DNA of 64,000 nucleotides from Naegleria gruberi (taxonomy: Eukaryota). The stretch is from the NCBI GenBank assembly GCA_000004985.1, contig GG738851.1, one strand, 5' to 3'. The notes below the pieces were generated by a model that was not told the origin of the DNA, ran no database searches, and saw only the letters and a program-made list of their open reading frames with translations. Positions 45,687 through 55,336 of the stretch are shown piece after piece. Made by a program: the position numbers and the translations under genes. Positions within the stretch are counted from its first letter, which is position 1, and each line of letters starts with the position of its first letter.

Positions 45687-46607
45687 TTATTTCTTTGAAA
45701 TGTCGAGCATGAATTTGAAAATCGCAATTGGTGGAATATATTGGGTGACACCCAAAATTTCAAATCCAAGTTTCTGGTACAGTCTTCTAGCACCATATTG
45801 AAGTGAGCTAGTCTTGAGAATGATTCTATTCATTTGTAATTCTTGAGCATACTTGAAGACATATCTCAATAGAACAGTAGCCACACCTCCACCACGATAT
45901 GAGCTCTTTACACTCATTCTTCTAATTTCAATCATTTTCAATGGATTGATTTGATACTTTTCATATTCTTCAATGAATTCAGCATCTTCAACCTTATCAC
46001 CTGGATAAATCCACTTATCGAGAGCAACATGACCAACAATTTCATCACCATCCATAGCCAAAAAGAAATTATTCTCTGGTTTGCTCTTATTATTTGCATA
46101 ATAATTATTGATATCTCCCAACTCGTTTGATTTTCTATTCTTCATAATGTACTTTCCCATATCCTTAGCAATAATTGGCAATAGCACAAATTTAAAAACA
46201 GCATACAACATTCCACTCAATAACACCAAAAATCCAACATAAACCATCAGTTTCAATCTTGTCACTTCCACAACTTCAACACCCAACAATTTTCCAATCA
46301 AAAACCACGAAATATAAAACGTAGACCAAATGAAAAATTGCAACTTGTATCCATAATATTCCTGAAACAAGGCCACCAATGAAGTACTTCCATTTCCTTG
46401 ATCCACACCAAACAATAGACCAACAATCTTTCCATAATCATTGAACAAATCTTTCGGAACACCATCCATCATTCCGTTCGTAAAAATGTCGTGTACTTGA
46501 TTTTGTATTTCCGAACGTATCTTTTCCTCATCACCACCATCATGATTGAGCCTTCGCTGGACCAACTCATTGAACGATAAAACTTCGAGTTTGTTGTTTT
46601 GTTTCAT
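45687..46607 (-). CDS. Membrane-anchored GNAT N-acetyltransferase (NAT8/camello-like), 306 aa.
   Basis: Two or three N-terminal TM helices are followed by a GNAT core (…IVGHVAL…IRRMSVKSSYRGGGVATVLLRYVFKYAQ…LYQKLGFE). Confidence 0.55.
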   Translation of the reverse strand: MKQNNKLEVLSFNELVQRRLNHDGGDEEKIRSEIQNQVHDIFTNGMMDGVPKDLFNDYGKIVGLLFGVDQGNGSTSLVALFQEYYGYKLQFFIWSTFYISWFLIGKLLGVEVVEVTRLKLMVYVGFLVLLSGMLYAVFKFVLLPIIAKDMGKYIMKNRKSNELGDINNYYANNKSKPENNFFLAMDGDEIVGHVALDKWIYPGDKVEDAEFIEEYEKYQINPLKMIEIRRMSVKSSYRGGGVATVLLRYVFKYAQELQMNRIILKTSSLQYGARRLYQKLGFEILGVTQYIPPIAIFKFMLDISKK

Positions 46608-47176
46608 TTTTTTGTGTTACTTTTAAAAACTTTGTCATCTTTACAAGCAAACCAACAAACTTGAGGTTTTATCGTTGAAAATATCAGACAGATATATCTA
46701 TTGAATAACATTGAATTTCCATAGTTGAAATTTTCACACGAATTGGTAAAAGGAAAAAGACTACAGCACCACAGGTTCCCAAGTTGTCTCCAACCTCAGT
46801 ACTGATGTGGCTCGACGATGCTTAACTTCTCAAATCGGACGGGATGAGGTGCATTCATCGTGATATGGCCGTAGCCATTCATGGTATGAAATCATTCCTT
46901 ATTAATTGAAATACTTTCTTTATGTGTGAAATATACATATGTTTTTCTTTTCAAGACCGGACTTGAAAATTAGGTAATGAGCCTTGAATATCCAATTTAT
47001 GAATCAGACCGTGTATACCTCCTATTGAACATGTTGAATCGAAACGTTGTATGTAGGAAAGTAATTAAGCTAATTTATAGAGCTAAAAGAAATTCCAATC
47101 CGATCATACTTTTTTCCGAAACCACTATCCCAAATCATATTAGAGTTGAAGAACCTTTCAGAGCTTTGTCAAAGGG

Positions 47177-49248
47177 TTAATATTTTTTCTCATTGGAATG
47201 GAGTATGGCATTGGTACTGCCATTAGATTGCATCTTTGAGTTTGGAATAAATCTTCCTTCTCTAGTTTTTAAACTATTTGGAAGCATCATGAATAATTCT
47301 CTTTTTTCCTTGATACCCTGAAGTGAATGATATCCATAGGAATTAAGAAAGAGTTTTCCACATTCTTCCTCGATATTTGAATTATTTTCCAACATGTCAT
47401 ATAGTTCCTTACTAATAAACGTGGATCCTCCCAATGCAATATCTGCTATTCTCGCAGCTAAATTCACTCCAGGTCCAAAGTAATCTGTTCTTTTTGTAGT
47501 TGGATCAAGTTGTGCAGAGTATTCACCTTCACTCAAGAAATGTAATCCCATTCTAACTCTAAAACCATTGAATATTATTTGACCATCGTCGTCCACTGTT
47601 TCTACATTTGTTGGGAATGATAATAGTGATGGAGGCCAATCTTCTTTCATCATACGTGTATGTATCAAATTTACACATTTGACAGCATCTACAACTGATC
47701 CAAAAGCAACCATAAAGGAATCACCTTCTGTTTTAACTTCATATCCATTAAATGCTGTAAGAAGCGACCTCACAATTTCATGATGCCTCTTTATACAATG
47801 ATCCATATCCTCTTTTGGGACATGCTCCCATATTTTGGTTGAGTTTTGAATGTCTGAAAACATTATCAAAATGGGTTTACCAGAAGGTCCTTCTTCAATA
47901 TAACTCATAATCTTGTGCAATTCCCTGTGTTTTCTCACGTAATAACATCTCACACCACCAACCAATGCCAACGTAAAACACAAAGACAATGCAACAGAAC
48001 CCACAGCAATCATTGCATATCCAAACTGTTCCAAATGTGGTAAAGAACTCAGAGTGAGTGTCCCACAGGATATCTGGTTAACAATGCTGTTAACCAAGTG
48101 CTCCTTATATGAGTTTGGAATGGGGGCAAAATAATTAGTCTCAAATATCAGGTCAGATGTTGATGGAGTTGAAATTGTATAAATCCATGATAGAAAGTTG
48201 AATATGAATTTCTTCTTATCGCAACTTGAAAGGGTTTTTCTAAAAAGAAAATAGCTCACACCTGCACAAGGATAGCTTTCTGCGTCTCCATCAACAATTT
48301 CCACAAAATAATTGTCAACAGTTAGAAAATTCTGAGCAGCAGCTTTGAATGAGCTAATGCTTGGAGCTACAGGATTTCCTGCCTTATTAAGTATTTTCGC
48401 AACTGGAATTGACATGAAAGCTGCATCAGCAGGGCTGCCATATCCAATAGAATACTCCAATTTAATAACACTTTCAGTTACAGCAAGACTTGTTAAAACT
48501 GAAACAAAATTGGTACTTGTTATATTCGGAAACATTGTAACTTTACCATATTTCCATAAGGTAGGACTGAAATGTGACAGAGAAGAAGTAAATATACTTG
48601 TAGAACCTGAAGATGTAGATCTTACTATAGGCTGAATAGGATGATTTGGTAATGTTTCACTATTGGTCTGCTGTATTCTGTTGTCATTCCAATACTGAAT
48701 TTCACCAGAGAATATACCAGCAACAGCACTTCTACTCAATATAAGTTGTGACTTAAAGTTGGGAATATTGTACAACAAAGCTACCCCAGAAATAAAGAGA
48801 GGAACCATTTCCAAGTTTTGATCTTCTAGTTCGGTTTTTGTTAAAGAGGTTTCAGAAACTGCAAAATCATAATCTCCTTGTTTTAGTTTGTTAAGCCCTT
48901 CACCAGATCCTAACAGAGTTAACAATCAATAGTTCAAACAAACTTACCCACACTGTCATATAATATTGAGTAAATGGGACTATCTTGAATACTATTGAAT
49001 AACGAAAGCAAAGAATTCATTACTTGCTTTGCGAGAGAACTTCCTCCTCCTCCGACTATTAAACTTGGGATATCATCATTATGATTTTCATTATTTACAG
49101 TAGTGTACAATAGTGATAGTGTTGGGGTTTTGGAACATAAATATACAAATAATAGGGGAATGAGTATAGTGGTCATCAATAGTGCAAGAGTAATAAGTAT
49201 TATTGGTCTCAGTGTGTGAGAATCAGATTCTTTGTGAAATCCTAGCAT
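47177..49248 (-). CDS. Receptor-type class III adenylate/guanylate cyclase, about 677 aa. Layout: N-terminal TM anchor, extracellular PstS-like phosphate-binding (PBP) domain, a TM helix, then the cyclase catalytic domain. Two exons: 49248..48948 and 48909..47177. Intron 48910-48947.
   Basis: The catalytic domain reads ILIMFSDIQNSTKIWEH…VKTEGDSFMVAF…FRVRMGLHFLSEGEY…GPGVNLAARI. The ectodomain matches PstS motifs: GSGEGLNKLKQGDYDFAVSETSL…EMVPLFISGVALLYNIP…SAVAGIFSGEIQYWND…LPNHPIQPIVRSTSSGSTSIFTSSL…IGYGS. Donor G|GTAAGT, acceptor TGTTAG|GA, and the phase matches. The first exon encodes the TM segment ILITLALLMTTILIPLLFVYL. Confidence 0.7.
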
Positions 49249-49441
49249 TGATTAAGGTTTGTTTTTTCTAACGTTGTTGATTCATGGTTTATGAAAGGAG
49301 TAACCACATTAAAATCACTGTGTTATTAGAGATAAATTCTCTTTTTTTGTGTTGCTGCTACTGTTTTTGAAACAATCATTTAAGTGATGCATATTTTGAG
49401 CGAGATACCTCTGTAATAATATGCGAGAAGCTTCTTCACTA

Positions 49442-51877
49442 CTACTTTTTGCTTCTTACCTTTTGTAAATAGTTCATTCTCACATTCCTTGTTGCTAAAT
49501 TGTATAGTAAAACTTCATTATAAGAATGAGAAATTGATTTGATATACTCAAAGTCGTTCTTGAGCTCCTCTGCAGCATATGCAAAACTCTCTGGCTGTAG
49601 TCTCACTGCCAAAGCAACAAGATCTCTATTGCTTTTCAAAGTAGCAGATGCATACTGGAGATTGGTTGGATCGCAACGTATTGCTTGTGCCATTAAATTC
49701 GAATCATTCCTTAATCCTTCTGATGCATATTTAATAAGCTTTGTAAACTGACTACTGTAATAAATTTCAAATATCTTCTTAAAGAAATCTATATTGTTGG
49801 AATATTTCAAAATATGTACTAAGATCTTGTCTTCACATGACAAATATTTTGGTAACAGGGAGCAGAGATTATCTGTTGTGACCATCAGATTCGGTACAAA
49901 CTCTAAGATGGGAACCTTATGTGCAATCAATGTAGAAGCACAATAATACCTCAAATATTCTGAAAGAATACCAAATAATGGCACAGGAATTGCTTTTGAA
50001 ATAAAAAGGTCGCTAACAATAGGTGCATGGTCTTCCCCTAAATAATAAAGAATAGAAGGAGCTAAATCCTTTGGGAATGAATGGCAGACAAAACTGTAAG
50101 CATGTTCATAGAGAGTGGGATCTAACAGAATTATTGCAGCCGCAACAATGTATTCATATTCAGAAACTGCTCTTTTGAATAGTTTTAGAAAGTCCCATGC
50201 ATCGTTGGTTAATTTACTTGCCTCCTTCAGAACAAAGTCTTCATTGAAGAGTAAAACTGGACTTGCAAAGTAGAGTAGCAGAAACTTCTCATTCTCATAA
50301 TTATTGGAACACATTCTGTATAGGTCAATCAGGGAGGTTTCGTTATCTTTTGCAAGGATGTGAACTATAATATTAGACCGTAATTGCTTTGCAGAAACCT
50401 TATTAGTGATTGCTGTTTCAATGGCCAAACGAATAATTTCAATATTTCCTCTCAGGTTTGAAGATAAATGTGAAAACAGAAGTGGATTCTTTTCAATACA
50501 CAAGCTCATGAAATCAAAATCATTTCGTAATTCTTCAGAGCCGTATTGTAATATTGATTCATTGTAAGAAAATATTTTCCAAACAAAATCTCTACTATTC
50601 TTCAATTCTTCAGATACATACTGGAACATACCAATATCCAATTTGATAAAATTTTCTGAAAGATTAGCATTATTCCTAATACAATATGGAGCATTCTTAA
50701 AAACAGTCATATTTTCCAAATCACCAGTCAGTGAATAATATTTTGGATTTTGTTTGATATTGTCTTCCAAGTATAAAATTATGCGTGGGTAGAGGGTTAT
50801 TAACATTGAGGTTGTCTCATCACTCGATCTGATTCTATTTGATGCATACCTGATATTCTTAATATCATGAGAGACTGCAATCTTTACCAACTCAAAGTCA
50901 TCTCTAATCTCATCAGAACACAATTCCAATAGAGAAGGATCTCGTTCCAATACAATGCGCATTAAATTGTTGTCATTGTAAATATTTGTTGGAAGGAGAG
51001 TTGAAGGCAACATTCGTTTTTGAATTGCAATTGACCAAAATTCCTCACCTTGGCTCTTATAATAAGTTTCGAAAATCCACCTACTTCCTTGAGTGTCAGC
51101 AACATTTATGCTAAAATCTAAGGTGTTACGAACTAGTGGTGAAACATCCCATAACCGATTGGGACTTGTATTCAGAGCAATTAATGCTATTTCTTGGTCA
51201 AGCTTGAACTTGTTGTCTAAATAGGCCAAAATGGCCCCATGATAACTGACAGCCTGCTTGACTAATTCTCTATTACTTTTAAATTGGGTAGCTGTAAAAA
51301 TCAATTCCTTATCTTCCCTCAATTTTTCATCAGTACAATATTTGAGAACTCTTTTTGGATACCTGAATAATTGAACTAAACCATCATGAATACAGTCTGA
51401 ATGAGAAAGCTTTTTCCACACTTTGTGAATATCATTTCCACAATCACCTATATCCAATGCAATTTCTATTAACTCTCTATCAGATCTCAATAATTCAGAA
51501 GCATATCTAAAGAATACTTGCTTCTCTCTTATTAGCTCCTTCATCAATTCCCTATCATTTTTCATTGTATCAGAGGCAAATATTTCAAAAAAGTACCATC
51601 TCAACTTTGCTAATCTCTTCACAAACGTGTAATCTTCCAAATATTGTGGAGGGATAGGATTTTTTCTTACAAATCTTCTCATTGATCTATCAGACCATTT
51701 TTTTTTCTCTAATTTCTTCAATTTATCTAGATAATCTAATTTTCCAATATTTTGTTTAATACTATCATGCCTAAATTCTTTAAATTTTTGAAAAATAGAA
51801 TTATTGGAGTAAAAATCGGAATCTAGTTGTGAATTATTGGGCAGATAATCTAGGACGAGGACATGTTGTTTCTCCAT
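49442..51877 (-). CDS. DUF4116-repeat protein, 811 aa.
   Basis: There are many tandem repeats of about 45-50 aa with the pattern …LQYAS(E/A)ELK(N/S)DR(E/D)(L/F)V…A(I/V)…, as in the DUF4116 family. Family recall is from memory. Confidence 0.55.
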   Translation of the reverse strand: MEKQHVLVLDYLPNNSQLDSDFYSNNSIFQKFKEFRHDSIKQNIGKLDYLDKLKKLEKKKWSDRSMRRFVRKNPIPPQYLEDYTFVKRLAKLRWYFFEIFASDTMKNDRELMKELIREKQVFFRYASELLRSDRELIEIALDIGDCGNDIHKVWKKLSHSDCIHDGLVQLFRYPKRVLKYCTDEKLREDKELIFTATQFKSNRELVKQAVSYHGAILAYLDNKFKLDQEIALIALNTSPNRLWDVSPLVRNTLDFSINVADTQGSRWIFETYYKSQGEEFWSIAIQKRMLPSTLLPTNIYNDNNLMRIVLERDPSLLELCSDEIRDDFELVKIAVSHDIKNIRYASNRIRSSDETTSMLITLYPRIILYLEDNIKQNPKYYSLTGDLENMTVFKNAPYCIRNNANLSENFIKLDIGMFQYVSEELKNSRDFVWKIFSYNESILQYGSEELRNDFDFMSLCIEKNPLLFSHLSSNLRGNIEIIRLAIETAITNKVSAKQLRSNIIVHILAKDNETSLIDLYRMCSNNYENEKFLLLYFASPVLLFNEDFVLKEASKLTNDAWDFLKLFKRAVSEYEYIVAAAIILLDPTLYEHAYSFVCHSFPKDLAPSILYYLGEDHAPIVSDLFISKAIPVPLFGILSEYLRYYCASTLIAHKVPILEFVPNLMVTTDNLCSLLPKYLSCEDKILVHILKYSNNIDFFKKIFEIYYSSQFTKLIKYASEGLRNDSNLMAQAIRCDPTNLQYASATLKSNRDLVALAVRLQPESFAYAAEELKNDFEYIKSISHSYNEVLLYNLATRNVRMNYLQKVRSKK

Positions 51878-52012
51878 TTTTTTTAATTTTCACTTTTGAA
51901 AATGCACAATTTTCTAATACCATTTTTGAGCATTATTTTCGCGCCAAATGTAATTGACCATTACATAATGTCTATACCTGTCATCAATGTCTATTGACAA
52001 ACAAGAATAAAA

Positions 52013-52549
52013 ATGAGAAAAAGAGGTGGTACAAGTGCTAGTGGAATTGCTCCAGGAACATCCCATCAATTTGGAGAATTTACTGTCACAATGCTTTCTC
52101 AAACAGTAACTCATCCTTTGCAAAGTAATATTGCTGATTATTTCAATAGAACTAGTGGTGGAAATTCATGTTGTAGATCTTGTGGCGAATTATCCAAACC
52201 TAACCTATTCCTGTTTGGAGAAAATATCTATTGTGCAAGATGTTCCAATGAAATGAAACGATTCTACATGGAAAGTTACAAGCAGAAAGAAGATATGAGA
52301 GAAAAAGCTTTGGCATGTCAAAGAGAATTGGACAAACCTCAATCGGCATTTGCTAGGACCATAGTAATCCGTTCACCTGTTTCTTCACCACAAGCTAGTG
52401 AAACCTCAACAGTGAGAACAAGAGCCAGAGGATTTTCCTCAGTCCTGGCAATATCCCCTCATTCTCGATTGACCACTGCTCTACCAAGTAGTGCAGGAAG
52501 TGGTGGAGCTGAATTTTCATCACCTCTATGCTCTCCAGTTCTAAAATAA
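52013..52549 (+). CDS. Hypothetical protein of 178 aa with a CxxC…CxxC zinc-ribbon-like segment.
   Basis: ATG-initiated ORF containing CCRSCGELSKPNLFLFGENIYCARCS. Confidence 0.35.
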   Translation: MRKRGGTSASGIAPGTSHQFGEFTVTMLSQTVTHPLQSNIADYFNRTSGGNSCCRSCGELSKPNLFLFGENIYCARCSNEMKRFYMESYKQKEDMREKALACQRELDKPQSAFARTIVIRSPVSSPQASETSTVRTRARGFSSVLAISPHSRLTTALPSSAGSGGAEFSSPLCSPVLK

Positions 52550-53052
52550 TTTCCTTTTCCTCCTCTTTTCTATTTCAAACAATTCTATTGTTCTTATTGG
52601 CTTTACCCGATATTCATTCTTTTGCCTTTTCAATCTCCTAGATATATTGTACCATATCATTCTCCCCTAATATAATCATTTAATAAAACCTCTCAAAACC
52701 TGTAGATTTAATCTTTTTCCGTGATGATGGCATGAAGCCTTGAAAGAGAAATTGAAGTATTTTTGTTTTGCTTGATTTTCTTCGCGCCAGTGGAATTTCC
52801 ATTCAAAAAATAATCATCAAAGCCTGTTGTTATTTTTCATCATCACAAAAACCAATTCTCTACAACATTTCAAGTTGAGGTTGGCCAATTGTACAAGCAT
52901 CTATTTCTGAGGAAGATTTAGATACGTGGCTGAAAAGATTTGTTGTTCTTGTTGATTTATGAAAATAATTATTTCGGAATCTTTTTGAATAGAAATAATA
53001 ATATTATAATACGAGAGTGATAGTAAATATTTGATAATAATTAAATTACAAT

Positions 53053-55323
53053 ATGGGAATTCAAGGACTGTTGCCACTTTTTAAAAACCATTGCAAAAAG
53101 GGCCACGTTTCCGAATTAAAAGGACAAAAAGTTGCCATTGATGCCTATGTTTGGTTGCACAGAGGAGCCTACAGTTGTAGTGCAGAATTGTGTCAAAACA
53201 AACCAACAGATAAATATTTGGGTTATTGTATGCATATGGTGAATATGTTAAAACATAACAAGGTGATACCTGTACTTGTTTTTGATGGAGCTAGACTTCC
53301 TTCAAAAGCAGACACTGAAAGTGATAGAAGATCTAGAAGAAAAGAAGCTCTAGAACAAGCACAAATTCACTTACAAAATCACAGATACGAGCAAGCTAAC
53401 GAATGTTTTAGAAAGGCTGTTGATATCAAACCTTCAATGGCATATCAGTTAATATCACAATGTAAAAAAGAGGGTGTGGAAATAGTAGTAGCTCCGTATG
53501 AGGCTGATGCACAATTGGCTCATTTGGCTAGAACTGGGTATGTCTCATGTGTGATCACAGAGGATAGTGATCTGATACCTTATGGAGCTCCAAAAATATT
53601 TTTCAAAATGGATAAATACGGCCATGGAACATTACTCAATCTTGCCGATATCAATCATACACCAACAGCGAATGGAAGTACGGATTTTTCAAAATTTACT
53701 CACGATATGATGATGAGGATGTGTATTCTTTCAGGATGTGATTATTTGAGCTCGCTTTCTGGAATTGGACCGAAAACAGCCTACAAGATCATTAAGGAAA
53801 ACAGGACAGTTCCTAAAATTATGGAGGCATTGAGAAAATTGGGAAAGTTCAAGAGGCAAGAGAATACTCAGCCAAGTAGTCAAGAGATATCATCCTCTCC
53901 TTCGCTTTCCTTACCTCAACCCAGCTCAAGTCAAGATATTTCCGTTTCTGAAGAAGAGTATAGAGAAGCATTTGTTAGAGCCGAGTTGACATTTAAACAT
54001 CAACGAGTATTTGACATCCTTTCACAGGAAATGAGATGTTTAACAGATCCGCCTTCCTGTCTTACGGAAGAGGATATTTACTTTTGTGGACCAACAAAAC
54101 CAACAGATATAGTAGTTCAGATATGCACAGGTATGATAGATCCCATGTCTCACAAACCATTCGTTTCTGCTCCGTCATACGCCTCGAAAAGCTCTGTAAG
54201 TTTTAATAGTTTTTCATATCTTACCTGTATATTAGAATTTAACACCACTAAAAACAAACACAATTCAAACCTATTTCAGTAAGTAGTATGGCTGTAGACA
54301 TTTTCTAAAACTGTAACAGCACCAGTAGCGACAACTCCAAAACAAAAATTCATTCCACCACCTTTTAAAGTTCCATTCAAAACACCATCTCAAGAAACTC
54401 CTTCAAAATCACAAGAAACTCCAACATCTTCATCTACTCCAACAACAGCTAAAAAGATTACAAGCAAGTTTTTCACACCCAAAGAAGCATCAAGTTCTCA
54501 AAGTTCTTCTTCGACGCCTGTTAAACCAGGAAGTTTGACAGTAATAATTCCTTCTCAGGAAGAAAACTCAAAAGAAGCTACTGGCAGTGCAAGCAAAAAA
54601 TCATTGTTTAGTGCTTTGTTCACCAGTTTATCCCAGGAGGTGTCAAACTCACAAGAGGTATCGAATGGATTTTCTACAACCATATTTTCAGACGATCTTA
54701 CTACTGCCCTGATTAGAAATGAGAAGAAACAACAGGCAATGAAGAAAGTGGAAGAGGAGGAAGACATTGATTTGGATGATTTTGAATTGGATCCTCCTTC
54801 TCCTGTTTTATTGAAAACACCTTCCAGATCGGCTGAACCTTTAATTGAACAGACGGCATCATCATCAAATTCCAGCATCAAAAGGCCACTTTCTGCATCA
54901 ATATTATCTTCATCATCCACCAAGAAAGCTAGCCCTCCTCTAACCTTGACAACTTCTGCATCAGAAAGTTCATTAAAGAGAAAAAGCTCCTTCTTAGATA
55001 GATTCAAAAAGACACCAAGTAGTTCACAGAAAGAAAGTTCTCAAGGCACTCCATACCTTAGCTCTTCTCAAAATTCAAGCTCTTCTTCTGAACCTGCCCG
55101 ATCAACAATACCTTCTGCAGATGCATTCATGTATGATTTGTCGTCTGACGATGAATTGGAGCCAGTTCCAAAGAAAACCAAACAATCGACCTCTGTTGCT
55201 GCAGTCGTTGAAATTATATCGAGTGAGGATGAGAATGAGGAGGAATCAAGAACTGTTAGTCCTCAAGAGGAAAAGAATGTTTTTGAACTCTTTCTGTCGT
55301 ATGAATCAAAAAAATTTCAATAA
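53053..55323 (+). CDS. EXO1: Exonuclease 1 (XPG/RAD2 family), about 723 aa. Two exons: 53053..54195 and 54298..55323. Intron 54196-54297.
   Basis: The N-terminus MGIQGLLPLFK…VAIDAYVWLHRGA…VLVFDGARLPSK…VVAPYEADAQLAHLA…VITEDSDLIPYG…CILSGCDYLSSLSGIGPKTAYK matches the XPG-N/XPG-I domains and EXO1 closely. Donor TCT|GTAAGT and acceptor GCTGTAG|ACA are both phase 0. The second exon encodes an S/T/P-rich disordered tail. Confidence 0.85.
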
Positions 55324-55336
55324 TAAACTAATTTAT

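Noticed and set aside
48909-48947. 'MLTLLGSGEG' at the start of track ORF 47177-48925, and the 'GKFV*' tail of ORF 48934-49248.
   Set aside because: Both are intron read-through. A 38-nt intron (48910-48947) joins the two ORFs in phase.
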